From the NCBI GenBank assembly GCA_012295275.1, contig CM022675.1:6944001-7008000 (forward strand): a stretch of 64,000 nucleotides of DNA, read 5' to 3'. How positions within the stretch are numbered: position 1 is the first letter of the stretch; each line of letters begins with the position of its first letter. Both the position numbers and the translations under genes were made by a program. Origin of the DNA: Chrysomallon squamiferum (lineage: Eukaryota > Animalia > Mollusca). The notes under the pieces were generated by a model. It searched no databases. It was not told the origin of the DNA and saw only the letters and a program-made list of their open reading frames with translations. Shown here piece by piece: positions 12,562-23,405 of the stretch.

Positions 12562-13503
12562 CGAAGATCGTTAAAAACTTCCAACACTGGCTCATTTCAA
12601 GGCCGAACAGCACTTGGTAATCTCCCTTTACCAGAGGTCTGTCCAGGCTATCGCAGATCTGCTTCTACTTGGTGGTCGCGGACGAAAATAAACAACCTTC
12701 GGAGTTTCTTTTTACGTTTCCACATTCCAGAACAAAGAAATCTGTGTCATCGCTCAAGAATAAGCTGCCGAGCGACGCGGACTCAGCAGCAAATATCAGC
12801 AAGTAATGTAAACTATATGTCTGGGAAAAATCTGCTGACATTTCTCTCGCGATTCCACCTGATACGCGTCAGCCATATTGGCTGACCCGAGCTGTCACGT
12901 GACCAGCAAAAAAACCAGTCTGGACTGTCAATTGCCTGTCTGTCAGAATGAACGAATGATCATGGCCACTCCTCTTGATGTCAGCTAACATCAAAAATGT
13001 TAATAAACGACATATTTAACTGTAAAAGTTGTTCATTAAAATGATTTCATATTATTTATTATTATTTAACAATTGTTTTGATTAAATCTCAGTGGTTTTT
13101 TTTTTTTTTTTTTTTTCATGGATCTTATAATTTTGCTTATTTTTTAATTTTGTTGATGATCATTACCTAACTTGTTGTTTTTCTGTTGTACGAAATGAAA
13201 TTTACCCTGGACAAATATTATGCTGTTTGGTTCCTGGAAACGAAATATTTCGTAAGTGGTTAAACAGATCTAACACAACGACATGCAAATTCTGTGAGAA
13301 AAAAAAGTAAATACCAATTCAGTGACATATTCTAGAAGGTACAAAAGTTTACTCATGAAGTCAGAGATGAAACAAAAGTGCAAACAACAACAACAACAAC
13401 AATACTCACTTCTTTCCTTCTCCGGCGCTGCCGTCACAACAACTACGACGAGGGCGATAATGAGGAACCCCTCTTTCCAATAACGCAGAGCCTCGGACGC
13501 CAT
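109..13503 (-). CDS. Fibrillar collagen alpha chain (clade A type), 5' portion; 17 exons, 419 aa in window, gene continues beyond position 1
   Basis: Manual splicing gives one open frame: signal peptide, VWC-like module, minor helix, telopeptide, then 84 Gly-X-Y triplets. All introns are GT-AG. Helix exons are 45/54/99/144 nt and phase 0, in register with vertebrate COL1A1 exons 7-19 as recalled from memory. Confidence 0.96.
635..778 (-). CDS. Collagen exon 16 (144 nt) [48 protein letters not shown]
   Basis: TTTCTAG / GTATGG, 16 triplets. Confidence 0.95.
920..1018 (-). CDS. Collagen exon 15 (99 nt) [33 protein letters not shown]
   Basis: TTCACAG / GTATTG, 11 triplets. Confidence 0.95.
1538..1636 (-). 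CDS. Collagen exon 14 (99 nt) [33 protein letters not shown]
   Basis: TTAG / GTAAGT, 11 triplets. Confidence 0.95.
1737..1900. repeat. Degenerate minisatellite, ~35-bp unit x5
   Basis: Recurrent GAAATTCTGAAACAATTT...TTAAATGA. Confidence 0.8.
2004..2057 (-). CDS. Collagen exon 13 (54 nt) [18 protein letters not shown]
   Basis: TTCCAG / GTAAGT, 6 triplets. Confidence 0.95.
2515..2568 (-). CDS. Collagen exon 12 (54 nt) [18 protein letters not shown]
   Basis: TTACAG / GTACGT. Contains the KGH cross-link motif. Confidence 0.95.
3153..3311. mobile_element. Decayed hAT-like MITE relic in collagen intron 11
   Basis: GC-rich ~160-bp island. The right end GCTACACCACTG (rc CAGTGGTGTAGC) loosely matches the left end CACTGATAGC. 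No clear TSD. Confidence 0.35.
3340..3393 (-). CDS. Collagen exon 11 (54 nt) [18 protein letters not shown]
   Basis: TTCATAG acceptor, weak donor GTTTGT, 6 triplets. Confidence 0.93.
3555..3608 (-). CDS. Collagen exon 10 (54 nt) [18 protein letters not shown]
   Basis: TTTTAG / GTAAAT, 6 triplets. Confidence 0.95.
3950..4003 (-). CDS. Collagen exon 9 (54 nt) [18 protein letters not shown]
   Basis: TTTTAG / GTGAGT, 6 triplets. Confidence 0.95.
4289..4333 (-). CDS. Collagen exon 8 (45 nt) [15 protein letters not shown], start of major helix
   Basis: TTTTCAG / GTGAGT, 5 triplets. Confidence 0.95.
4978..5073 (-). CDS. Collagen exon 7 (96 nt), N-telopeptide [32 protein letters not shown]
   Basis: CAG acceptor, GTAAGT donor, phase 0-0. 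Contains a telopeptide-like SYGSKAGG with a single Lys. Confidence 0.88.
5096..5302. repeat. Degenerate minisatellite, ~28-bp unit x7
   Basis: Recurrent TAGTCATTTAGAAAATATCATTTAATAA. Confidence 0.85.
5565..5633 (-). CDS. Collagen exon 6 (69 nt), end of minor helix [23 protein letters not shown]
   Basis: TAG acceptor, GTAAAC donor, Gly-X-Y triplets followed by non-helical residues. Confidence 0.92.
7055..7108 (-). CDS. Collagen exon 5 (54 nt), minor helix [18 protein letters not shown]
   Basis: TTTTAG acceptor, GTACGT donor, 6 Gly-X-Y triplets. Confidence 0.93.
8664..8693 (-). CDS. Collagen exon 4, 30-nt microexon ([10 protein letters not shown])
   Basis: TACTTTCAG|...|GTAAGT consensus sites, phase 0-0, open frame. 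A hydrophobic ..AVT-G junction precedes the minor helix. The exon is not required for frame. Confidence 0.65.
9600..9622 (-). CDS. Collagen exon 3, 23-nt microexon (GEAHSPEE)
   Basis: TTTTCAG|GTGAGGCCCATTCACCTGAAGAG|GTATGT. It supplies the phase 1 to phase 0 change needed to join exon 2 to the helix exons. Confidence 0.8.
10427..10494. repeat. (CT)n microsatellite
   Basis: Direct reading. A second (CT)n tract lies at 10977-11030. Confidence 0.97.
11075..11209 (-). CDS. Collagen exon 2 (135 nt): Cys-rich VWC-like N-propeptide module [45 protein letters not shown]
   Basis: TTTCAG acceptor, G|GTAAAG donor, phase 1-1. The C..W..CxxCxC..G..C pattern is typical of VWC. Confidence 0.92.
12236..12265. 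promoter_or_regulatory. Perfect heat-shock element (6 alternating nGAAn pentamers) in collagen intron 1
   Basis: gTTCt-cGAAc-aTTCc-cGAAt-gTTCc-cGAAt, directly followed by a long (CT)n tract. Confidence 0.75.
12270..12359. repeat. Compound (CT)n(CA)n microsatellite
   Basis: Direct reading. Confidence 0.97.
12560..12990. promoter_or_regulatory. Candidate intron-1 enhancer (GC/CpG-enriched island)
   Basis: Complex CpG-rich sequence in an AT-rich intron. CACATTCC plus AACAAAG (TEAD/SOX-like) at 12721-12737, palindrome GTCAGCCA-tat-TGGCTGAC at 12868-12886, GTCACGTGAC at 12894-12903. Confidence 0.45.
13410..13503 (-). CDS. Collagen exon 1 coding part: signal peptide [31 protein letters not shown]
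   Basis: ATG at 13503-13501, hydrophobic core ending VTA|AP, donor A|GTGAGT (phase 1). Confidence 0.9.
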
Positions 13504-13774
13504 TGCAACTGAGTTCAAATTATCACAGAATCATCCAAAGGAATAGAAATAATAATTAAAAAAAATTATTTCGTTTTTTTTGTTTTTTTTTTTTTTTTTT
13601 TTCTTTTTAAGAGGAAAAAAAAAATTTGGCACACGTTAACTGGAAGCCGTGCTTGAGGGCTTCTTTTAAAAACCGGGAAGAGCCGTGCTTACAAGCTGCT
13701 TGCTTGCAACATCGGTTTCCCAGTGGAAAATGTTTTATTTATTACTAAATCTCTGGTAAGCAGCCTTACTCAGG

Positions 13775-13930
13775 ACTGCGACCGAACAGAGTTGTTCCCG
13801 TTTCACAGTTTTAATATACCCTTTGCAACGAACTGGCCAATCGCAACGGAGTTTCGGGAAACACCGTGACCTTCCGTCAAAGAGACCTAGCCTGACCGAC
13901 GCCTGTGTTTGCACCAAGCGTTAAAACGAG
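13775..13930 (-). promoter_or_regulatory. Putative collagen core promoter
   Basis: TATATTAAAA on the minus strand at 13818-13809, inverted CCAAT (plus-strand CCAAT 13837-13841), Inr-like TCTGTT about 30 nt downstream near 13788, locally CpG-rich. Confidence 0.65.
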
Positions 13931-15099
13931 TAATCTAATATCCCGTTAGATGATAAGTATCCGGAACGCTTTTGCCGCTGTCTGCGTTTACAATTACATT
14001 TTTTGTTGTCTAAATGGTCAATTGAGGTCAAATAATTTTGGGGTGGGATGAGGAGAAGATGCAGCTATTTTTATCTCTGGTTATTTATTTATTTATTTAT
14101 TTATATATTTTTATTATTATTGTTGTTGTTGTTGTTGTTGTTGTTATTGTTTTTGTTGTTACTATTATTATTTTAAATTTTATATTTCTTCTTTGTTTCA
14201 TTTTATTCTTTTATTTATTTATTATTATGAAATCTTGTAAATGATGTACAGTTACTGAAATATATTGTTGTCAGTTACATTTCGTGGAATCTGCATGAAA
14301 TATTTATTTGTTTCAAACTGACTAATTTAAAGAATACAAACGGATCTCTAACAATATTTTGCTGCATTCTTAATTTCTGTCTAAGGTATAATTTTCCATC
14401 GGTTTTTCTTCTTTCTTTTTCTTCTTCATTTATTTTTATATTTATTTCATTTTTTTGTTGTTGTTTTTTTGTTGCTTTTTGTTTTTGTACTTTTTTTTTT
14501 ATCTGTTAAAGCGAGGGGGTGTTGGTTGTTTTTATATATTTTACGCGAGCTCACTTTATCGCTTGGTTTTGTCTTTTCCTCCAGTAAGCCACGCCCTCTG
14601 ACGCGGCGCTTTGTGATCGTCTGCAACACGTGGCATACTGAAATTCTGTAATAAAACATTTTTTTGCAGAAAACCTAAAATGAACTAATTATGAATATAA
14701 ACAGCTGCACTTTATTGTTGTAGAAGTGTAATTTCTTCCATTATAAAGAACAGTAAATTTAATAAGTAGCAAACTATAATGCTCTTGCTGTCACCGATAG
14801 ATAATAAGTTTATTTATTTTTTTATTTTTTTTTTTAAATAGTATACGATACAATTATGATTGTTTTAGAAAAAAAATTCTGGTCAGTTTTTATTTGTTTT
14901 TAGAAAGAAATGTTTTAGGCAAATTTAAAAGATATTCCATTTATCATCATCAGCATCATCATCATCATCATCGTTATTAACTGTTGTTGTTCTGGTGATA
15001 CTTACTACTAGAAATAGCTGTAGCAGTAGGAGCAAATGTAATGGTTGAAGAACTAGTAGTTGTGGTGGTGGTAGTAGTAGTGACGGTAGTAATAATAGT

Positions 15100-16101
15100 G
15101 GGTGTAGGAAATAATGGCACTGGGAAAAAAAATGGCACTGGGAAAAAAAATGGCACCGGGAAAAAAAAAATATGCACTGGAAAAAACGGCACACGGAAGA
15201 AATGGCACTCTGCATACTTGAAAAACAATGTCACCTGAAAAATGTTTTTTTTTTTTTTTTGTTTTTTTTGTTTATTGACATTTAGCTATTGGTGGTAGGT
15301 GAAGTCTTGCTTACAAAAACAGTTCATTATTGCACACAAAAAGCAATAGTATCTTGAATAGTATCTGAGGTAAAGGTTTAAATAGTATATTGAAAAGGTT
15401 TAATGTAAAACAATATAAACCGAAGCTAATATCATCTTTAGCAAATTGTTGACAGTTCATAATTAAACGGTCAGTCAGAACAAACGTAAACCAACTACAA
15501 CACCCACAAATACAAATTATATCACATGCTATGTTTGAATTAATAGCATGATGACATTCTGGAGTATATTTTAACTATGGTATGTGTATTAACTTTAGGT
15601 ACATCTGTATGCACGTGTCTGTGTGCATGAACGTACTGGTGTATCTATGTACGCGTGCAAGCATACATAGAATATGTATGTATATATGTATGTAAATATA
15701 TGTATGAATGTGTATGTGTATGTGTATGTATGTATGTATGTATGTATGTATATATGTATGTATGTAAGTTCGTTCATGTGTATATGTGTATATAATGAAA
15801 ACATAATCAATTAAGTCCTGCTTACAAAAGCAATTCATAATTGCTGGTCATAACATGCACTGGAAACCTCATAGTAGCCAAACCCAAGTGGCTGAGTGAT
15901 GCTTTATATTAATATACATGTATGTAACAATATTGCATGAACAAACTGTGTTTTCAAAAGTACTTTTAAGGCTTTTTTAAAACAACTATAGAAAAAAATA
16001 ATAATAATAAATAAGGTGCCATTTTTTCCAGTTTTGATTTGCACAGTGCCGTTTCTCCCGGATGCCATTTTTTTTTCCAGGTTCTATTTTTTACTTACTC
16101 C
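15100..16101. mobile_element. Non-autonomous foldback/Mutator-like DNA element (~1.0 kb) with subterminal tandem repeats
   Basis: The left end has ~6 copies of GGAAAAAAATGGCACT and the right end has inverted copies (GTGCCATTTTTCC). Termini are GG...CC. Flanks AATAATAGT / AATAAGAAT resemble a decayed 9-bp TSD. Confidence 0.65.
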
Positions 16102-16713
16102 AATAAGAATAGAGATGGTAACGGCAAAAAAAAAAAAAAAAAAAAAAAAAAGTTTTAATTGTTGTTTTTCCAGTGATATTTACTTTTATTCTATTTTTTG
16201 TTCTTTTAAATAAAAAATTTAATTATTATTAATAAATATTATTATGCAACAACACAGGACTTACAGTAATAACTAGATGGACCGTATTCTGCAAAGCTAA
16301 ATACTTCATTCTTGGCGATTTTTTCCTTTAAATTAAATTTCACGAAATAATGAGTAACTCTGTTGGTTTTGTAACACTGTAACTAATAAACAATTTTTTT
16401 TCTGACGTGTCAGCAACCCGATGACGGTCTCGTACACCCAACAGACGACAAATGCAGACGGCTAAAACATTTTTCCCGCGAAGTTATTTAAGACCTTCGG
16501 TGACAAAAATTTCTGATTTAGCGGATTTTCTTCAGCTGTTTCCTATTATGTTGTATTTTGAGAATGATATTCACATGTTTCTTTCCTTCTTCTTTTTTTT
16601 AAATATTTTTTTCTGTTTTTTTTTTTCTTCCGTTTTCAAAGATTTCAAAGAATTTGTTATCATTTGGCCTTCGTTTACTTCGGTCTTCGGAACGACTATT
16701 CGACAAAACAAAG

Positions 16714-16750
<37 letters not shown>

Positions 16751-18921
16751 AAAAAAGAAAGAAAGAAAGAACGAAAAAATAAAATCGACAAAACAAAACT
16801 TAGAAGAAAAAAGAAAGAGAATTAAAAAAAAAAAATTAAAAAAAAAAGAAAAGAGGAAATAAACACTCTGGAATTCTTTAAATTTGTAAATAATATCTAG
16901 GAGACTTTTTAGCTGTTTCACACGGTCCTTTGTTTCTATATTTAGTAAAGTGCCAACGTTACTTCTGAGTAAAGTACACAGAATTCTTTAAACCGTAATA
17001 ACCATTATTATTATGCATCATGCGTTTTGAAAAGCCAACGTACTAGAAGCATGTGTTCGTATCAATTTGTACGTATGATAAATAAATGGATGGGTCAATG
17101 GATGTATAAATTTATGTTTGTATATGTCTATCACTGGTACATTATGCATGCGTCCATGGATGGATAGATGGATGGAATTATAAATATACATTTGTCCGTT
17201 TATGTGTATATGTGTACGTATGTATAAAAGGATGTATATGTATGTATGCCTGTATGTTTAATATATGTGGGATATTCTACGACCGTATGTTTGTCTGTAA
17301 GCGTGTACGCATGTGATATAAATTATTCACATCTCTATAATTATGTATAGTTACATATTTCGGCTTTATTCAACATTAACAATGGATAACAGAAATAAAA
17401 TATAAAAAGGAAACAAAATATTTATTAAAAAAAACACGTATTTTACAAATGTATTTCGTCACCTTGAGTAAGTTGAATATTTTTGATACAATCATTACCA
17501 TCAGATTAACGGTTGTTCCTACCTTCGTTATCATCATCAATCTCAACATCGTTATCATCATCACGTCACCATACTCTCCACAAAAATCGTTGTTGCCTCT
17601 TTTATTTCATAATTCTAACATGGTCTTTATAAATATAAACTTCCATTAGAATAATAAGTCTTGTAAAAATAACGTTAAATAAGCAATTTTAAGCTAAAGC
17701 AAATGGCACCAAATGGCGCTCCGTACTCATTTTTTCGTATAGCGATATCTATTTTTTTTTTTTTTTTTAAGGTTGTCGTTTGTGTAGTGGAATTTCATTC
17801 CGACATGTCAGGGCTGTAAAACTTGACCCCGTTTGAGATAAGATGTTTTCTGAACCAAACAAACTCATTATCTCTAAATCTTGTTCTTTGGTACCATAAG
17901 ATAAGATTCTTACAAATGCTGCGGCTCTGGACAAAAAGGTCAACCCTTATTATTACAGCTCCAGGCAAAGCGCAGACGCAAGTTCAAATGTAGCTCCTTC
18001 CTTTGTTCTGTGTATTTTCGTCATCAGAATGTACACGCATCTGCTTTTATATAAATTTAGATGCAGTGAACTTTTTTTTTTTAATTCTTTATTATACTCA
18101 CGGATGAATGAAAGACAGACTGATGAATAAATTAATTAATTAATATATATTAAGAGTCATACGAACTCTTGTGACGTAATGACAGCAGAAACGAAACCTG
18201 CCGTTCTAAATGTTACACTTTTCCCCCTTAGCAGTAAGAATTATTTTAAATGCACCTTCTCGTTGAATGGAAATAACTGGATACCTGACACTGACTGATA
18301 TTAGTCCATTGTAGAGTTTTGATCCTGCGATGCAAATTGACGTCATATCAGTACTCTTCAGTATTTTCGACATAACCTGACTTCATCCTATATTTCAACC
18401 AAAATCAGTTATAAAATAATACTATGTCTGGTAGGATTGTTACGTTAGAATGTTTTTCTAATCCATTCAGAACCTGTTTTAATGTTTTTGGCAGATGTTG
18501 GTTTATATTCAACAGGATTTTTTCCCCCTTTTCTTGTCTGTAATATTTATTTTTGTTGTTGTTATCATTATTATCATCATCTTCGGTATTATTGTTATTT
18601 ATTTTTCCTTACAACTTTTTACACTGTTTCAATTTTGTTGCTGTTGTTCATTTAAATCATTTTTTAAGTCATTTTTTGACATACAGTATCCGATGTATTT
18701 ATTTATTACATTTTTGTTTTTTGGTTAGCTGGTTGCTTGGTTGCTTTCTTATTTATATAAGAAGTTAATCAATGTGTCCTATATGAACGAAAACAAATAC
18801 TTTTTTTTAATATTAAATATGATAATAAAAACTAAAACAAGATCAACCCTTCAAAACCAGCAATGATTTTTGGAAGTTCTTGAATAAAAATAAATGAATG
18901 TATGAATAAGTAAATAAATAA

Positions 18922-18968
<47 letters not shown>

Positions 18969-19504
18969 ATAGATAAAGAAATAAAGAAATAAAGAAACAA
19001 ACAAATAAAGAAATAAAGAAATAAAGAAAAATAACTTAATATAAAATAAAGAAAGAAAGAAATATAACTGATACGGGAGAGAATACAGTAATGACAAATC
19101 TTCAAATTTGCCGTGACCACATTAATGTCTAGTGAAGCTTTAAGCAATAAAACAGTAGATAAAGACATTACCTACACAGAAACCAGCTCTTTAAGAAAAG
19201 GTTTCACAGAACCCAGAACGGGATTAAACGTCATCAGAGCCGATTTTTTTAAATCTTTTTCTTAGATTACTTTGGTACGTGACCTTTTTAACGTTGCATT
19301 AAAACAGTAGATATTAACAATAACCGCCTTTAATAACTCTACACCAGGGTATAGTATTTCTTTTACTTCTGCAAACAGTGTGAGATTTTATCAAAGTTTC
19401 TGAAAACTGTTCAAGCACGCCTAAAAAAAAAAAAAAAAAAAAAAGAATTAAATTCTTCCATCTGAAATAAAACTACTGATGTTGTTGATGGTTGTGATGG
19501 TGTT

Positions 19505-19774
19505 CAGGGCCTCAAAAAGAAATTTTTGATTCAAGCCTCGAGGCAGACAAAGATTTTTCTCAAAATACGAATAAAAAATAAGTAAGTGTGGTGTGATAAT
19601 TTTAGTGATGTTTGTGTGTGTGAATGCAAGTGTATGTCGGGCTGAGGGTAGTAGAAAGTGATTGTTCTCAAGGGTGGGATGGATGTTGCAAGGTTGCTGT
19701 GGGGTTCTTCTTAGCTCTTGGGCCTCGGAACAAAGTATCGGCTGGACTCCACCCCCATCCTCTCATAGACCCTG
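19505..19774. mobile_element. hAT-like MITE (~270 bp) in array copy 1
   Basis: Termini CAGGGCCT...AGACCCTG, flanks ATGGTGTT/GTGGTTGT. Absent from the diverged copy at ~23730. Confidence 0.6.
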
Positions 19775-20522
19775 GTGGTTGTGCTTGTAATGGCTGTGAC
19801 GTCGTACATTAAACGCGTTTAGTGGTGGTTCAGTCAGTTTAGGTTTTTTCTATGAATGAAAAAAAAAAAAAAGAAATAATTAAACTATAAAATTGGTACT
19901 TGATGGAGAATCAGTCTTAAAAGATTTTTCTTATTGACGTTATTTCTCAAACAAACAAAAAAATAAATAAAATGGTTGGTTGGTTATTTATACAACTGTA
20001 GACAATTAATCCTTTTGGTATTAAAATAATAATTAAAAAATAATAATAATAATAAAAAATTGTTTAACTTAGACAATGAGTTTTTTAACGTTCTTTAATA
20101 AAAAAACTTTGCAGTTTGCCGCGACCCTATTAAAGTTTAGTGAAGCCTCAAGCAATAAAACAGTAGATAAAGACATTACCTACACAGAAACCAGCTCTTT
20201 AAGACTATGTTTCACAGAACACAGAACGGGATTAAACGTCATGAGAGCCGATTTTTTAAAATCTTTTTCTTAGATTACTTTGGTACGTGACCTTTTTAAC
20301 GTTGCATTAAAACAGTAGATATTAACAATAACCGCCTTTAATAACTCTACACCAGGGTATAGTATTTCTTTTACTTCTGCAAACAGTGTGAGATTTTATC
20401 AAAGTTTCTGAAAACTGTTCAAGCACGCCAAAAAAAAAAAAAAAAAATTAAAATAAATAAAATAAAAAAATTCTTCCATCTGAAATAAAATTGCTGATGT
20501 TGTTGATGGTTGTGATGGTGGA

Positions 20523-20799
20523 CAGAGCCTCAAAAAGAAATTTTGAGAGATGGTTCAAGGCCCCGCACCAGACAAAGATTTTTCTCAAAATACGAAAGAA
20601 AAAGAAGTAAGTGTGGTGTGATAATTTTAGTGATGTTTGTGTGTGTGAATGTAAGTGTATGTCGGGCTGAGGGTAGTAGAAAGTGATTGTTCTCAAGGGT
20701 GGGATGGATGTTGCAAGGTTGCTGTGGGGTTCTTCTTAGCTCTTGGGCCTCGGAACAAAGCACCGGCTTGACTCCACCCCAATCCTGTCATAGACCCTG
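20523..20799. mobile_element. hAT-like MITE in array copy 2
   Basis: CAGAGCCT...AGACCCTG, same internal sequence as copy 1. Confidence 0.58.
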
Positions 20800-22853
20800 G
20801 TGGTCGTGCTTGTAATGGCTGTGACGTGGTACATTGAACGCGTTTAGTGGTGGTTCAGTCAGTTTAGGTTTTTTCCATGAATGAAAAAAAAAAAAATAAG
20901 TAAAATGTAGAATTGGAACGTGATGGAGAATCAGTCTTAAAATATTTTTCTTATTGACGTTATTTCTCAAACAAACAAATAAAAAAAATAAAATGGTTGG
21001 TTGGTTATTTATACAACTGTAGACAATTAATCCTTGTAGTATTAATATAATAATTTAAAAAAATAATAATAAAAAATTGTTTTTACTAAGACAATGATTT
21101 TTTTAACGTTCTTTAATAAAAAAAAATCTTTGCAGTTTGCCGCGGCCACATTAACGTTTAGCGAAGCCTCAAGCAATAAAACAATAGATAAAGACATTAC
21201 CTACACAGAAACCAGCTCTTTAAGAAAATGTTTCACAGAACCCAGAACGGGATTAAACGTCATGAGAGCCGATTTTTTTTTTAATCTTTTTCTTAGATTA
21301 CTTTGGTACGTGACCTTTTTAACGTTGCATTAAAACAGTAGATATTAACAATAACCGCCTTTAATAACTCTACACCAGGGTATAGTATTTCTTTTACTTC
21401 TGCAAACAGTGTCAGATTTTATCAAAGTTTCTGAAAACTGTTCAAGCACGCCTAAAAAAAAAACAATTTAAAAAAAAATAAAAATTAAATTCTTCCATCT
21501 GAAATAAAATTGCTGTTGTTGTTGATGGTTGTGATGGTGGACAGAGCCTCAAAAAGAAATTTTGAGAGGTGGTTCAAGGCCCCGCACCAGACAAAGATTT
21601 TTCTCAAAATACGAAAGAAAAAGAAATAAGTGTGGTGTGATAATTTTAGTGATGTTTGTGTGTGTGAATGTAAGTGTATGTCGGGCTGAGGGTAGTAGAA
21701 TGGTTGGTTGGTTATTTATACAACTGTAGACTGTTAATCCTTTTAGTATTAAAATATTAATTAAAAATAATAATAATAAAAAATTGTTTAACTTAGACAA
21801 TGATATTTTAACGTTCTTTAATAAAAAAAAAAATTTGCAGTTTGCTCTTATTAATGTTTAGGAAGCCTCAAGAATAAAACAGTAGATAAAGACATTACCT
21901 ACACAGAAACCAGCTCTTTAAGACTATGTTTCCAGAACCCAGAACGGGATTAAACGTCATGAGACCTTTTCTTAGATTAATTTGGATCGTGACCTGTAAT
22001 AACGTTGCACTGAATCAGTAGATATTAAAATAACCGCATTTAATAACTCTACACCAGGGTTAGCATTTCTTTTAGTTTAAACAGTGTTTTTATCAAAGTT
22101 TCTGAAAACTGTTCAAGCAAAAAAAAAAATAATTTAAAAAAATAAAAATTAAATTCTTCCATCTGAAATAAAATTGAACTGTTGTTGGATGGTTGTGATG
22201 GTGGACAGAGCCTCAAAAAGAAATTTTTCTGGTTCAAGGCCCCGACCAGACAAAGATTTTTCTCAAAATACAAACAAAAAGAAATAAAACAAATTAAATG
22301 GTTGGGGTGGTTGGTTGGTTATTTATACAACTGTAGACTGTTAATCCTTTTAGTATTAAAATATTAATTAAAAATAATAATAATAAAAAATTGTTTAACT
22401 TAGACAATGATATTTTAACGTTCTTTAATAAAAAAAATCTTTGCAGTTTGCCGCGACCCTATTAATGTTTAGCGAAGCCTCAAGCAATAAAACAGTAGAT
22501 AAAGACATTACCTACACAGAAACCAGCTCTTTAAGACTATGTTTCACAGAACCCAGAACGGGATTAAACGTCATGAGAGCTGAATTTTTTTTATCTTTTT
22601 CTTAGATTAATTTGGATCGTGACCTTTTTAACGTTGCATTAAAACAGTAGATATTAACAATAACCGCATTTAATAACTCTACACCAGGGTATAGCATTTC
22701 TTTTACTTCTGCAAACAGTGTGAGATTTTATCAAAGTTTCTGAAAACTGTTCAAGCACGCCAAAAAAAATTAAAAAAAAATAAAATAAAATAAGAATTAA
22801 ATTCTTCCATCTGAAATAAAATTACTGTTGTTTTTGATGGTTGTGGTGGTGTT

Positions 22854-23119
22854 CAGGGTCTCCAGGAGAAACTTTTGCAAGCCTCGAGGCAGTTAAAGAT
22901 TTTTCTCAAAATACTAATAAAAAGAAGTAAGTGTTTTGTGATAATTTTAGTGATGTTTGTGTGTGTGAATGTAAGTGTATGTCGGGCTGAGGGTAGTAGA
23001 AAGTTTTTGTTCTCAAGGGTGGGATGGATGTTGCAAGGTTGCTGTGGGGTCCTTCTTAGCTCTTGGGCCTCGGAACAAAGCACCGGCTTGACTCCACCCC
23101 TATCCTCTCATAGACCCTG
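22854..23119. mobile_element. hAT-like MITE in array copy 5
   Basis: Perfect 8-bp TIR CAGGGTCT...AGACCCTG, flanks GTGGTGTT/GTGGTCGT (6/8 identical). Confidence 0.65.
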
Positions 23120-23366
23120 GTGGTCGTGCTTGTAATGGCTGTCACGTGGTACATTAAACGAGTTTAGTGGTGGTTCAGTCAGTTTAGGTTTTTTCCATGA
23201 ATGAAAAAAAAGAAATAAGTAAAATGTAGAATTGATACTTGATGGAGAATCAGTCTTAACAGATTTTTCTTATTCACGTTATTTCTCAAACAAAAAAAAA
23301 AAAAATAAAATGGTTGGTTGGTTATTCATAAAATTATAGACAATAAATCCTTTTAATATTAAGCGA

Positions 23367-23405
<39 letters not shown>

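Noticed and set aside
18205-18345. Possible decayed SINE fragment and a full CRE (TGACGTCA at 18338-18345)
   Set aside because: The similarity is only a vague recollection of mollusc repeats, and a single 8-mer is expected by chance in 64 kb.
19255-19281. TTTTCTTAG|ATTACTTTG|GTACGT as a repeated 9-nt microexon
   Set aside because: The donor is lost in copies 4 and 5, and no plus-strand host transcript is evident upstream of 25.7 kb.
20500-20580. tRNA-like look (hairpin CTCAAAA/TTTTGAG with GAA loop, GGTTCAAGGCC B-box-like) and Sm-site/U5-like AATTTTTG
   Set aside because: No acceptor stem and no U5 loop I. The feature is not kept in copies 1 and 5 and is better explained as the MITE left end.
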